DNA from: an uncultured delta proteobacterium
GTDB lineage: Bacteria; Desulfobacterota; BSN033; UBA1163
Length of the DNA stretch: 64,000 bases
Assembly: GCA_963827685.1 (NCBI GenBank)
Contig: CAWHBU010000003.1
Coordinates: forward strand, 928,001 to 992,000
Direction of reading: 5' to 3'
Below, one piece after another: positions 50,262 to 61,161 of this stretch. The notes under the pieces are model-generated. The model searched no databases. It had not been told where the DNA came from and saw only the letters and a list, made by a program, of their open reading frames with translations. Made by a program: the position numbers and the translations under genes. The first letter of the stretch is position 1; every line of letters starts with the position of its first letter.

Positions 50262-51713
50262 TTAATTTCCGTGAGAAGGGTTTGCAATCCTTTGGAGGGG
50301 TAAATAGACGGTAAAGGTGGAACCTTGATTTATTTCACTATCGACTTCGATGCTTCCTTGGTGGGCGTGTACAATCCACTCGACAATGCTCAATCCAAGG
50401 CCCACCCCACCGGTCTCCCTTGATCGGGATTTATCCATCCGGTAGAAACGTTTGAAGATCTTTTCTCGCTCCTCTTTGGGAATTCCCATTCCGGTGTCTA
50501 TTATTTTGACCAGAACAGCACCTTCATTCTTTTCAACCGTGATATGGATGGCTCCCTGCGACGTGTATTTGATAGCATTGTCAATCAGGTTGGTAAAGAG
50601 TTGCTGAAGACGAACCTTATCCCCTATCACCGTGACCTCTTCAAGGGCACCTATTTCCAAGGCAATATTTTTTTGCTCCGCAAGGACTTGGAAGAGATTG
50701 CATAGGTCCTTAATCAGAAGGTCCAGACGAAGGGGAACCATTTTCAACTCCACCTGGGTGGTATCAAACTTAGAAAGCAAGATCAAGTCATTGATCATCT
50801 GATTCAGATGGTCAAACTGTTCTATGAAATGGACCAACCCTTCCTGATACTCTTCGGCTTTTCTTTCTTTCAAAAGTAAAACCTCTGCTTCTCCCCTCAT
50901 GGCACAGATAGGAGTCTTCAATTCATGAGAGGCATCGGCGGTAAATTCAGCCATTCGTTTAAAAGAAGTCTCTAATCTGGCAATCATTTCATTGATCGTC
51001 CGGATGAGGTCGTCCATCTCATCGTCTGTCCCCCTCGGAGTGAGTCTCTCGCTGAGCTTTTGAGAGGTAATGCTCTGAGCTTTCGCTGCAATATAACCGA
51101 TCGGAGAAAGAGACCTTCTGGCTAATATCCACCCTCCCAATGTTCCTAATACCAATATGATAGGAAGGGCTGCCAAAATATTATTTCTAAAATGCGATAG
51201 ATTTTGTCTCACAAAATAAAGATGGGTCCCCAGTTGAATGATTTCAGTGAGTTTTCCATTCTTATAAACGGGTGTACTGATGATACGAAATGTCTCTCTT
51301 CTCCCAGAACTATAAACTTCTTCCCGAGTCTCTTTCCCGTTCCTGGCATTGGTCAACACCCGATCCTTTGCAACATATCCCATCTCTCCAAACTCTTTCG
51401 AAACGTAGAGCGGTTTCCCCTCGTTATCCAAAATTTGAAAAAAGAAGGGATAATACTTTCGGGCCATCACTTCATCTTCGAATCTCACTAAGAAATATGT
51501 CTCTTTCGGCTCCTTGGACAAAACCCTCTCCATTTCCGTTGTTTCGTCAAGGAGAAATTGATCGATCTCTTTGAGGAGTCGATACCTCAGACCCAAGTAA
51601 AGGACCATACAAACCACGAGCGCAGAGACTAAGAAGGTGAGTATATACCAAAGGGTCATCTTGAAGTCGGTCCTTCGGTAAAACTTACCCCCGATCTTCC
51701 AGGACATATCCAA
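50262..51713 (-). CDS. Sensor histidine kinase (CusS/CzcS-like)
   Basis: Two TM helices, HAMP, FTADASHELKTP, NLIDNAIKY, GLGLSI. Confidence 0.92.
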   Translation of the reverse strand: MDMSWKIGGKFYRRTDFKMTLWYILTFLVSALVVCMVLYLGLRYRLLKEIDQFLLDETTEMERVLSKEPKETYFLVRFEDEVMARKYYPFFFQILDNEGKPLYVSKEFGEMGYVAKDRVLTNARNGKETREEVYSSGRRETFRIISTPVYKNGKLTEIIQLGTHLYFVRQNLSHFRNNILAALPIILVLGTLGGWILARRSLSPIGYIAAKAQSITSQKLSERLTPRGTDDEMDDLIRTINEMIARLETSFKRMAEFTADASHELKTPICAMRGEAEVLLLKERKAEEYQEGLVHFIEQFDHLNQMINDLILLSKFDTTQVELKMVPLRLDLLIKDLCNLFQVLAEQKNIALEIGALEEVTVIGDKVRLQQLFTNLIDNAIKYTSQGAIHITVEKNEGAVLVKIIDTGMGIPKEEREKIFKRFYRMDKSRSRETGGVGLGLSIVEWIVHAHQGSIEVDSEINQGSTFTVYLPLQRIANPSHGN

Positions 51714-52362
51714 CCCCTTTCACAGTATGGAGAAGCTTGGGTTCAAAATCCTTGTCAATTTTGCTCCGAAGGTGAGAAACATGAACATCAATGACGTTGG
51801 TGGAAGTGTCGAAATGATAGTCGAAGATTTTTTCAGAAATCATGATCCGGGTGACGATCTCGCCTGGATGTCTCATGAAGAATTCAAGAAGGGCATACTC
51901 TTTGGGAGTGAGTTCGATCTTTGTTTTTTCCCGGAAAACCCGGTGTCCATCGGATTCTAAAATAAGGTTGGCCACTTGTAATCTTGAAGGGAAAGTGACG
52001 GCTTTGCCCCTTCTAAGAATGGCTTGAATCCTGGCCAACAATTCATTGAAAGAGAAAGGTTTAGTCAGGTAATCATCTGCTCCTAAATTTAAGCCTTTAA
52101 CAATATCGTTTTCCGAATCCTTTGCTGTCAAAAATATCACAGGGGTTTGATTATCTATGGATTTCATCCTTTTCAGAACCTCTCTTCCATCCATTTTGGG
52201 AAGCATGATATCGAGGACGATCAGATCGTATTTCATATGGAGGAAAGAGTTTACCCCCTCTTCTCCATCGGTGGCCACCTCCACAGAAAAAGAATTTTCT
52301 AAAAGTCCTTTCTTAACGAATCGAACGATGCCTTTGTCGTCTTCAACCAATAAAATCCTCAT
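51685..52362 (-). CDS. OmpR-family response regulator (CusR/CzcR-like)
   Basis: LLVEDD, LDIMLP, DDYLTKPF, NVIDVHV, HTVKGVGY. Confidence 0.93.
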   Translation of the reverse strand: MRILLVEDDKGIVRFVKKGLLENSFSVEVATDGEEGVNSFLHMKYDLIVLDIMLPKMDGREVLKRMKSIDNQTPVIFLTAKDSENDIVKGLNLGADDYLTKPFSFNELLARIQAILRRGKAVTFPSRLQVANLILESDGHRVFREKTKIELTPKEYALLEFFMRHPGEIVTRIMISEKIFDYHFDTSTNVIDVHVSHLRSKIDKDFEPKLLHTVKGVGYVLEDRG

Positions 52363-52442
52363 CGAATCGTATTCTAACAAATTCCTTTGGGAATTCAAAT
52401 CACTTCTTGAAAATTGCCATCTTATTGCTTATGATGGGAGCC

Positions 52443-54032
52443 ATGAAAAAAAGGGATATTCTTTTGAGTCTTCTTTCAGGTATTCTCCTGATTCTTTCCT
52501 TCCCTCATTTTGATCTCGAATTTTTGGCCTGGTTTGCTTTGGTTCCCCTTTTCTATTCCATAGAGGGAAAAGGACTATACTGTAGTTTTAAACTCGGTTT
52601 CTTGACAGGGATGATCGCTTTTCTCGGAATTCTTTATTGGATCATTGTGGCGGTCCACACTTATGGTAACGTGCCTTTGATCCTGAGTGGTTTAATTCTT
52701 TTACTTTTGGTAGCTTACCTGAGCCTCTTCATAGGTGCCTTTGCATTTCTCACTCGCCTCGTCGTGATGCGCTCTGGTTTCCAGACCATTCTTTTCACCC
52801 CTCTCTTATGGGTTGCCTTAGAATACCTCCGCTCTTTCCTTCTGACAGGTTTCCCCTGGGCGATTTTAGGCTATTCTCAGTACCTCAATCTCCCTTCTAT
52901 CCAGATGGCAGATATCACAGGAGCCTATGGTCTCTCCTTTATCATCCTTCTGGTCAATGCCACGCTTTGGGGGGTGCTTCATCAATGGCCCAAAAAGATC
53001 TTCCCCGTTAAAGAAGTGATCTTCACAGCCCTCATCCTTCTGGGCTTTCTGATTTACGGATACATGAAGATGGGAGTTGTTGACCGGCAAATGATCCAGA
53101 ATCCTCCCTTGAAAATTGGATTGGTTCAAGGGAATATCGATCAGTCCATAAAATGGGACAAATCTTTTCAGATAGAGACCTTAAAGATCTACGAGAAGCT
53201 TTCCTTCAGGGTGGCAGAGGAGAAACCGGATCTTATTATCTGGCCTGAAACAGCCACTCCTTTCTTTTTCCAGGACGCCATGGAATACCAACCCTTTGTC
53301 CTGGATATTCCCAAGAAGACAAATGCCTTTCTGCTCTTCGGAACCCCTTCTTATAAAACCCAGAAAGAGAAAGTGAACCATTATAACAGTGCTTACCTGG
53401 TCTCTCCTTCGGGGGACCTGGTGGGAAAGTATGACAAAATCCACCTCGTCCCTTTTGGTGAGTATGTCCCCCTGCAAGATCTTCTTTTCTTCATCGGATC
53501 CTTGGGGGAAGGGATTGGAGACTTTAAGTCTGGAAACGAGATCTTCAATTTCTCCCTGCCTCAAGGTAAATTTGGCGTTCTCATCTGCTTTGAAATCATC
53601 TTTCCAGATCTCTGTCGAAGATTCGTCAAAAAGGGTGCAAACTTTCTGGTGACGATCACGAACGACGCCTGGTTCGGGAGAACCTCTGCTCCTTACCAGC
53701 ATTTCTCCATGGCCACATTCAGGGCCGTCGAGAATCGCGTCTTCGTTGCCAGAGCGGCCAATACGGGAATCACCGGATTCATCGATCCAAAAGGAAAGAT
53801 TATGAAACAGGGAGGGATCTTCACAGAGGAGACGATCAACGGAATGATCCGGCTATCGAATCAAAAAACCTTCTATACCCTCTATGGAGATATCTTCGCT
53901 TGGGTGTGCTCGGCCCTCTCCATCCTCCTTTTAGTCAATGCCCTAATCCAAAAGACTAAAAAACATGAATCAGGGAGAATTCGAAAACCGCGAAAAGTAA
54001 ATGATAGTGCGACACATTGCCGCGGTGGCTGA
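52443..54032 (+). CDS. lnt: Apolipoprotein N-acyltransferase
   Basis: GFPW, QGNI, WPE, YDKIHLVPFGEY, ICFE, TNDAWFG, RAANTG. Confidence 0.95.
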   Translation: MKKRDILLSLLSGILLILSFPHFDLEFLAWFALVPLFYSIEGKGLYCSFKLGFLTGMIAFLGILYWIIVAVHTYGNVPLILSGLILLLLVAYLSLFIGAFAFLTRLVVMRSGFQTILFTPLLWVALEYLRSFLLTGFPWAILGYSQYLNLPSIQMADITGAYGLSFIILLVNATLWGVLHQWPKKIFPVKEVIFTALILLGFLIYGYMKMGVVDRQMIQNPPLKIGLVQGNIDQSIKWDKSFQIETLKIYEKLSFRVAEEKPDLIIWPETATPFFFQDAMEYQPFVLDIPKKTNAFLLFGTPSYKTQKEKVNHYNSAYLVSPSGDLVGKYDKIHLVPFGEYVPLQDLLFFIGSLGEGIGDFKSGNEIFNFSLPQGKFGVLICFEIIFPDLCRRFVKKGANFLVTITNDAWFGRTSAPYQHFSMATFRAVENRVFVARAANTGITGFIDPKGKIMKQGGIFTEETINGMIRLSNQKTFYTLYGDIFAWVCSALSILLLVNALIQKTKKHESGRIRKPRKVNDSATHCRGG

Positions 54033-54112
54033 TCGGGGGAATAATTGAGGAAACACTATCTCCAAGTACCCATGCTCAGTCCTTTTGCATCAGAGATCTC
54101 GCTCGGATTCAA

Positions 54113-54466
54113 TTAGCCGTTGAGAAGTTGTTCGAGCTTCCGGCGATCTTCCTCTACCATCTGGATAATTTGTAACCCGTATTGATATCCCTTAGAGCCG
54201 TTATACGAACGAAGATCTTTCCTGACGATTTGGGTTAATACTTCCAGATTAGTTAATTCGAATCCCTTGGTGAACAGGAGGACGATATTCAATTTTAGGC
54301 CGACAGGCATGTCCTCGACAGAATGAATCAGGAAGCCTCCCTCGCTCGCATCGACCACGACCCCTCCATGGGCATGGGGAAGTTCCTTCACCCGATATTC
54401 AAAGGGCAGGTTCAGGAGTGACCGGAGATACCTCCGTCTTTCTTTAGTATCATTGGGACTTTCCAT
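54113..54466 (-). CDS. PilZ-domain protein
   Basis: ERRRYLR (RxxxR) and DASEGG motifs. Confidence 0.8.
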   Translation of the reverse strand: MESPNDTKERRRYLRSLLNLPFEYRVKELPHAHGGVVVDASEGGFLIHSVEDMPVGLKLNIVLLFTKGFELTNLEVLTQIVRKDLRSYNGSKGYQYGLQIIQMVEEDRRKLEQLLNG

Positions 54467-54519
54467 CGAATCCTCCACACCGCCGTTTATTTAAAGGGTG
54501 GGATGAATCCTCCCGGCGC

Positions 54520-55410
54520 TTATTTCTCACCCACCATCGTTTTTTTGAGACGCTCCTCGGGAGAAGGATAACGGACGATATTTCTTCTCTCAATGGGTAA
54601 GATGAGAGAGATAAAGGTCATCGGTTTATCGTCGTAGACCTTATATCTCATCATCCCCTTATTCTTCTCGATAATCTCTTTCGCCAACTTTAAAATCAAT
54701 TCAACCGCCTCTTCTTCTTGATGAGCGGTTGCCATTCCGGGAATAATTCCGATCTCTTCACCCGCCTTTTCGTAACCTGCAGAAACAACCAGAATTTCCA
54801 GGTACCTTCCATCCTTTTGTAATTGGCCAATCTCTCTACCCTTCAATGCCTCCATATCGAATATTCTTGTCAAAAATCCGATGCTCCCCTCAGGAGGAAT
54901 GGAGATGAGGGTGTATTGAATGACGGAGTTTAAAATATATCTCAACTGCTCATCGGGAAGAACCGTTTCTGGAAGGTCCTTTTCAAACTGTTTCTTAATG
55001 ATTCTAATTCTTTTCTCTCCAAATTGGCTTTCATGCTTTCTGATCACTTCCTCAACAAGGGTATTCACCGTATCACTTTTGACCATGGGGGTGCTGAAAT
55101 TGATATAATCATTAAAACAGTCTATCAATGAAATCGTCTTACCGATATCTTCGTTCACAATTTTATAAAAATGCTCTCCTAATTCCCGATCCCTGAAATT
55201 CTCTCGCGAAAGAAATGCAAAGGCTTGCATGGCGGAGAGACTGGCTTTAATGCGATTGAACAGTTCAACAAAATAGATAGGCAGGGAAAGTCCGTTTTTT
55301 CGAATAGAAGGCTTTTCCCCTTTGGAGGTGGATCCTTCGGTCCCTTCTTTGTTTAGAAGAGAGGACAATAGATTCTTATCATCCTCTGTGATAAAAAAAC
55401 TATTTTCCAT
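54520..55410 (-). CDS. Degenerate histidine-kinase-like protein
   Basis: HisKA/HATPase layout (DLPET..DEQLRYILNS...) but the H-box reads ELFNRIK and the G-boxes are lost. Confidence 0.6.
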   Translation of the reverse strand: MENSFFITEDDKNLLSSLLNKEGTEGSTSKGEKPSIRKNGLSLPIYFVELFNRIKASLSAMQAFAFLSRENFRDRELGEHFYKIVNEDIGKTISLIDCFNDYINFSTPMVKSDTVNTLVEEVIRKHESQFGEKRIRIIKKQFEKDLPETVLPDEQLRYILNSVIQYTLISIPPEGSIGFLTRIFDMEALKGREIGQLQKDGRYLEILVVSAGYEKAGEEIGIIPGMATAHQEEEAVELILKLAKEIIEKNKGMMRYKVYDDKPMTFISLILPIERRNIVRYPSPEERLKKTMVGEK

Positions 55411-55791
55411 CGAGGTGTTAAATTGTGCATATTTGATGCCAAGTTGTGGAAACTACTGTAACTTACTATTAACCCCTCACTTTTCAAAAACCCGATATTA
55501 TTAGCAAAAAGAAAAAGTGACAAATTTTGTCACCAAAGTTTAAAATTCTTGGCGCTCCCGATGTAGCTCCACGGGCAGGTCCGTGGTACCACTCCAAACG
55601 CCCCTCCCCGTCACCTGTCCTTTAAACTTAATCTCTGCTCTTCTGCAATCAGCAAAAAATCAAGACTCGGCAGGAAAAAAAATTGATCTCTTGCTATATT
55701 CTTGGTAGATTAGATTGGGCCTTCGACCGAGCTCTCGGGGGGGGGCCTCTTGGTGTCGGGATCGAATATCTGAAGAAAGGGTGAGAAAACG

Positions 55792-56367
55792 ATGAAGGTT
55801 GTGGCATTCAACGGTAGTTCACGGAAAGATGGTAACACCGCTATCCTTTTGAATCTGGTGCTGGATGAACTGAAAAAAGAAGGGATCGAGACAGAGCTGA
55901 TTCAGTTGGCCGGCGAAACTCTATCCGGCTGTATCGCCTGCTACAAATGCGCAGAAAATAAGGATCAGAAATGTGCGGTGGTAAAAGATCGGGCCAATGA
56001 ATATATCGCCAAGATGAAGGAGGCCCAGGGAATTCTTCTCGGTTCACCCACTTATATTTCGGATATGACGGCCAATATGAAGGCCCTCATCGAGAGGAGC
56101 GCGATCGTCTCTCGAAACAACGGAGACCTGTTCAAACGAAAGGTGGGAGCGGGCGTTATTGCTGTCCGTCGTGCGGGTTCCACCCATGTCCTCAGTTCAA
56201 TAAACTATTTTTTCTTGATCAACCAGATGATGATCCCGGGGTCCAGCTACTGGAATGTGGGCATCGGTCGAAACCCCGGAGAAGTGAAAAACGACGCGGA
56301 AGGCATCCAGACCATGAAGACGCTTGGCCAGAACATGGCCTGGCTCCTCAAAAAAATTTACACCTGA
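55792..56367 (+). CDS. Iron-sulfur flavoprotein / NADPH-dependent FMN reductase family
   Basis: NGSSRKDGNT, CIACYKC...C, GSPTY, RRAG. Confidence 0.88.
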   Translation: MKVVAFNGSSRKDGNTAILLNLVLDELKKEGIETELIQLAGETLSGCIACYKCAENKDQKCAVVKDRANEYIAKMKEAQGILLGSPTYISDMTANMKALIERSAIVSRNNGDLFKRKVGAGVIAVRRAGSTHVLSSINYFFLINQMMIPGSSYWNVGIGRNPGEVKNDAEGIQTMKTLGQNMAWLLKKIYT

Positions 56368-56432
56368 GCGATCGGCCATCTCCCCAAAGGGCCGCTATCC
56401 CTTTCCCTCGATACCTGCACCCATCATTTGTC

Positions 56433-57575
56433 TTAGAAATGATCGTCGTGGTCTTCGCTTAACAGATCATCTATTTGGAAACCCCTACTACGTCCCCATG
56501 CACTGGTCTGCCAGTTGTCGATGCGACTGGCTTTGGGATTCCAGGGTGGAATGGTGATATGCAGGTAGTTGGAAAGGGAATAGACATAAGGTTCATACAT
56601 CCCGCGAAGCTCTGAAAATTTTTGATCGACAACATTTCCCTCACGGAGCTTTAGTCCGGCTTCTCTCAGTATGGTGCGCATACGGGCCAGCTCATCCGAC
56701 GGGAGGCGGTCGTGTTTCAGTTTATGGGGAGGACAGTCGAAGACTTGAGCGAGGTCAACGACGGCATGTCGCGTGATCGCAAATGTCAGCTGGGCTTGAC
56801 GCTCACAGGAACCTTCGAAGCTGACAACGACAAAAGCGCTTGCATCCAGGATCGCCGTGAGGGCTCCCAGCCAGGATTGATTATCATGGTGAGAACGAAA
56901 ATAGGCAAGTACCGGATAGGAGAGATGGCTTTCGAGTAAATCCGCAGACCACCGTTCCCACTCATGAAAGAGTTGCCGAAGCTCCTCCATTCCTCGGTCA
57001 TGACAGTGCCGGCGTAACATCTCCGTGGCAGTAGGTGGAGAACCTGCCCGCGCGTCAAGGAGCGAAATGTTCACTTCCCGTCGGGCAAAAGACTGATTCA
57101 GCACAGGGAGGTAACCAATGACAAGGGCCAGGAAGCCAAAACCCACTCCCGCCTCAAATGCGACAAGCCCCCTGCCAAAGGTCGTAACGGGCACAACATC
57201 TCCCATCCCAAGGGTGAAGAAGGTGGTGCCACTCAGGTAAAGATAAGTACCGAAGCTGACCGTCCCATACGGAGATTTGATGATGGAGCCCGATGCCCAG
57301 TGAACGAGTCCAAAACCAATGATCAGGCAGGTGGCCCAAAGGATCAACAAAAGAAGCAATGAAAGGGGACCGTACCAGCTTAAAAAAGCCTCCTGACGTT
57401 TACCTTTAAAGATGGAACGAACCGCTCCTGACCAGGAAAACCAGGCATATTGATAAAAAAGGCGGGCAAGACTGATCGACCGTGTCACCCGGCGGGGCAG
57501 TACGATCGTCTCAAAAGCGTCCCCTAAAACGATAAGGATAAGAGCCACACCAACCACAGCGGATAGGATTGGCAT
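56433..57575 (-). CDS. Potassium-channel family protein
   Basis: YLSGTTFFTLGMGD pore motif flanked by TM helices. Confidence 0.85.
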   Translation of the reverse strand: MPILSAVVGVALILIVLGDAFETIVLPRRVTRSISLARLFYQYAWFSWSGAVRSIFKGKRQEAFLSWYGPLSLLLLLILWATCLIIGFGLVHWASGSIIKSPYGTVSFGTYLYLSGTTFFTLGMGDVVPVTTFGRGLVAFEAGVGFGFLALVIGYLPVLNQSFARREVNISLLDARAGSPPTATEMLRRHCHDRGMEELRQLFHEWERWSADLLESHLSYPVLAYFRSHHDNQSWLGALTAILDASAFVVVSFEGSCERQAQLTFAITRHAVVDLAQVFDCPPHKLKHDRLPSDELARMRTILREAGLKLREGNVVDQKFSELRGMYEPYVYSLSNYLHITIPPWNPKASRIDNWQTSAWGRSRGFQIDDLLSEDHDDHF

Positions 57576-57705
57576 ATGACCTCCATGCAAACTCTTTTGT
57601 AGAGAATAGGCCCCGCTTTGCCAAAAACTCTGCCATTCTCAAAAAGAATGGGGTCGGGGGTTTTTTCGTCCAGATGTGCTTTTCGTGACTGAGCGGAATA
57701 ACCAT

Positions 57706-59298
57706 CTATCTGAAATCAAGCAAGGCAGCTCCTTGAATCATTTTCCCTCTATCCAAGGCACCTTTGATCGAGCTGATGTGAAGCCGAAGGGATAAGTCCT
57801 GGGGATAAATTTCTTGGGCCACCTGGAATTTTGATAAAGCGGCTTCAAAACGGCCGGCCTTGAAAAGCTCGATCCCTTCTTCGATGAACGGTTCGACTCG
57901 GTTCTTGAGATGTTGCACTTCTGGCGGGTCTTGATCGTATACCTCGATAATAGATACCGGCGCTGAACAGCCCTTCAGAGAAGCCTCGCCGAGTTTCCGC
58001 AATTGGTGACGATGTCCCTTTGGAAGCTGATGGACGACCTGATCCGTAATAAGCATATCGACGCCCAATGATCTTGTGACTTCTTCGAGGCGCTTGGCCA
58101 AGTTAACAGTCAAGCCCAAGACGGTAGAGTCCATCCGATCAGAGCCCCCGATGGTTCCCAGGATGACCGGGCCGGTATGGAGGCCGATGCCGATCTGAAC
58201 CGCATGGTCCGTGGGTCGGCCTTCCTCGCTATTGAAAGAGGCAACGGTAGTCAGCATCTTCGCACCACACGTCACAGCCCTTTCGGCGGAGTCGACGCCT
58301 TCGAAAATACATAGGACGGCATCGCCGAGGAATTTATCGATCACTCCCTGCTCTTCGTCGACCACATGGGTAATCCGCTCGTAAAGTCGGTTCACAAAGG
58401 CGATCAATTGACTCGGGGTGAGACGCTCGGACAAAGCAGTAAAACCTCTGATGTCGCAACAAACGATTGTCACCCACTGTTGATCCGCCTCACCCAAACG
58501 TATCGTCCCCAACCCTTTGCTGGCGATACGGCGAAGATAAGCGGGAGGAACGAACCGCTCAAACATATTCTTCGCCTCGCGAATCGCTTTCTCTAAGGAA
58601 CGAAAATGGAGGGCAACGGCAATGGTCAAAAAGATCGAGAGCCAGACGGAGGCAAACCACAGAATGCGCTCCTCTGTTAGGAAGGTCACTCCTGCGGCGA
58701 GCAGCGAATCGTGAAGCCCTCCCAAAAGCCAAACCAGTAGCCCGATGATGACAGGAATCGAAACCCGCTTCCGCTCCTTGAAACGCATCGGTCTTGCGAT
58801 GATGAGTGAGACGTATAAAATACAAGCGCCCAGACAGAAAGATTGAATGAGGACTTTAAGGAGTCTGGACTGGGGCCTCCAGAAATCGAACGAGATAGGG
58901 TCGGGCTCCAGAGGAAGCCCGAAAAACAAGGGTCCTTTACCCAAAAGGGCGGCAACGGCGAGCATGAGACTTATTCCGGTCATTACCCAAGTGAGCAGGC
59001 TTGGCCTTTCATGAAAGAGCTCTAAGAAGAACCAGAACCAAGTGGCCGGCAAAAGAGCTAATGCGGCGTAAAGGATTCTGTACCCGATGAGGACGGATTC
59101 CGGTGATCGTTGAAGTCCCCAGAAAACCCATCCTAAGAAGGAGAAGGTTATGAAAACATAAAAGAAAAACAGACTCCACAGCGGCCGATAACGGTAGTAA
59201 ACGATCGAGATGACCAAACACATAATGGCGAGGATGGCATTAGCGGTTAACGCGCAAAGAGGACCAATGCTTAAATGGGGGATGAAATCGGGCAGCAT
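57706..59298 (-). CDS. Membrane class III adenylate/guanylate cyclase
   Basis: ~7 N-terminal TM helices; DIRGFT, DKFLGDA, GIGLHTG, VNLAKRLE. Confidence 0.9.
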   Translation of the reverse strand: MLPDFIPHLSIGPLCALTANAILAIMCLVISIVYYRYRPLWSLFFFYVFITFSFLGWVFWGLQRSPESVLIGYRILYAALALLPATWFWFFLELFHERPSLLTWVMTGISLMLAVAALLGKGPLFFGLPLEPDPISFDFWRPQSRLLKVLIQSFCLGACILYVSLIIARPMRFKERKRVSIPVIIGLLVWLLGGLHDSLLAAGVTFLTEERILWFASVWLSIFLTIAVALHFRSLEKAIREAKNMFERFVPPAYLRRIASKGLGTIRLGEADQQWVTIVCCDIRGFTALSERLTPSQLIAFVNRLYERITHVVDEEQGVIDKFLGDAVLCIFEGVDSAERAVTCGAKMLTTVASFNSEEGRPTDHAVQIGIGLHTGPVILGTIGGSDRMDSTVLGLTVNLAKRLEEVTRSLGVDMLITDQVVHQLPKGHRHQLRKLGEASLKGCSAPVSIIEVYDQDPPEVQHLKNRVEPFIEEGIELFKAGRFEAALSKFQVAQEIYPQDLSLRLHISSIKGALDRGKMIQGAALLDFR

Positions 59299-59402
59299 GT
59301 CGGAGTCTCCCGATGGTGAAAAAGTCTATTCGTTCAGTTCAATACAAGTCTACTAAATTGAGTTGGGAGGGTCAATAAGAAATCTATCCCTTAGAAATCT
59401 AT

Positions 59403-59613
59403 CCCTAAATCCCGATTTAGGAAATTGTCATTGCGAGTAAAACGAAGCAATCTCGTCTTTTTCAGTGAGATTGCCACGCCTGCGTGCCGGAACGTTTGGC
59501 TGCACATATCTGCTTCAACAAAGGCAAGCACTTCGGCGTGCAGGCACGCACCTTTCGGGTGCTCGCAATAACTGGATAGGGAAAGGGTTTTATTCTATAA
59601 ATCGGAATTTGGG
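59403..59613. repeat. Composite nested repeat, copy 2
   Basis: Same architecture as 20862-21104, with an identical 82-bp core. Confidence 0.9.
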
Positions 59614-59749
59614 CTATCCTTGCCCGCCCGCAGTTCTTGCGGTTGGCCAACGATTTGAGAAGAATCCTGTCTGGGTGAGCCGTTCGGGGAGGCTTCAGGG
59701 TCGGGAAAAGGAAGAACTGGGCTGGACGAAAAAATCTATCTCGGATGCT

Positions 59750-60853
59750 TCATATAAACGTGATAACTACGATCTCCGGTTTTGTATCAATGCGCATGGG
59801 AGGCCCCCAGGTACCCGCCCCGCTGGAGGTATGAACTAAGAGATTGCCAAACCATTTTAGTCCGTAGTCATAACCTCGGTAGACCTTTGAGGTGATCAAT
59901 CGGAAAAGGAAAACCTGACCCTGGTGAGTATGACCTGAAAGCTGGAGCGAGATTCCCTGCTCTCTGGCCACCTGCAAATTGAGAGGGGCGTGTTTCAATA
60001 AAATGCTGGGCTTATGAGGGTCAATTCCCATCCTCTGTAAAATCGTTCTGAAATCCCCTTCCCTTCTCGAATCCCTGTAATCCACTCCAATGATCTGCAG
60101 ACCATCCAGCTCAACCTTTTCGTTGTACAAGACTCGTATCCCAGCACGACGAACCGCTTGGAGGTATGGGGTACTGTCAGAAAACTCTTCATGATTCCCG
60201 GTAATAAAATACGTACCATAAGGAGCGGAGATTTTCGAAAAAGGTTCGATCGTCTTATCCAGATCGACTGCGACACCGTCATAGAGATCGCCGCCAATGA
60301 AAACAATGTCCGGACGTAAGTTCTGAACCATATTGGCAAGATGCCGGGCAAAACCATAGTTTCTTACCTGACCTAAATGCGTGTCGCTCACCCAGACAGC
60401 GGTTTTTCCTTTCCATTGGTCCGGTAAATGAGGGATCTCAACACTGATTCGTGTCATACGAATCGTGCCCGCATTGATGAATCCGTAAAGGCTTGCCACC
60501 AAAGCTATCCCGATCAAGATCTCGATCAATATTTTTTGATCCAAGGGAAGGTGAACTAATTTTGCCAAACCGTAGAAGATCCAGCAAAGCGTGGATGTGA
60601 GAATAAAAAGATAAAGAATCCCTAACCAGGATGCCGCAGCCGTGTAAAGGCATCGGACCAAAAGGTTGGAATAACGGAAAGCGAGAAAGGAGGTCAGGAC
60701 AAGACTCACGGATAGCAGACCCAGGACAACTTTCAAGGTCAGAAGCTTTGCAGGACTGGCCACTCCTAAAAAGCGCACCAGGGTTCTGTATAAAAACCAG
60801 TGTCCCAAAAAGAGGATCGATTGAACAATACTGATGAAGAGGACAAAGCGCAT
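59750..60853 (-). CDS. Membrane metallophosphoesterase (YkuE-like)
   Basis: SDTH, GGDLYD, GNHE, SGHTH.GQ, GTWGPPMR. Confidence 0.92.
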   Translation of the reverse strand: MRFVLFISIVQSILFLGHWFLYRTLVRFLGVASPAKLLTLKVVLGLLSVSLVLTSFLAFRYSNLLVRCLYTAAASWLGILYLFILTSTLCWIFYGLAKLVHLPLDQKILIEILIGIALVASLYGFINAGTIRMTRISVEIPHLPDQWKGKTAVWVSDTHLGQVRNYGFARHLANMVQNLRPDIVFIGGDLYDGVAVDLDKTIEPFSKISAPYGTYFITGNHEEFSDSTPYLQAVRRAGIRVLYNEKVELDGLQIIGVDYRDSRREGDFRTILQRMGIDPHKPSILLKHAPLNLQVAREQGISLQLSGHTHQGQVFLFRLITSKVYRGYDYGLKWFGNLLVHTSSGAGTWGPPMRIDTKPEIVVITFI

Positions 60854-60937
60854 AAAAGTCTAAGCATTATAATGGATAGAACTCTGATTCGCCATCGATT
60901 CACCCCTTACGAAGTCCTCGAAGCGACTTCGGGACCC

Positions 60938-61161
60938 TAATGCCTCACTCTCCCGTGCAAAATTGACGACATCCGGCGAGGATGCCGGAGAAAATATTAT
61001 GGCGGCAACCTCAGCTTGTAGGCCAGCTAAAAGAATTCCAGAACAGCAAGGAGACCCGATGATGCTCCTGAATGTTACCCCATTAAACGTCTGCCTGATA
61101 AGATTTTCGGAGGCATCCTTGACGGATGGTCGGATTTCACCCCCGCTTCAGTGAGGCATTA
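60938..61161. mobile_element. 224-bp MITE with IS4-like ends
   Basis: TIR TAATGCCTCACT/AGTGAGGCATTA; flanking direct repeat (T/A)TCGGGACCC. Confidence 0.8.

Noticed and set aside
50262-52362. PmrAB/PhoPQ regulator of the arn genes
   Set aside because: Sequence resembles CusRS/CzcRS-type pairs; no binding sites identified, so the link is unsupported
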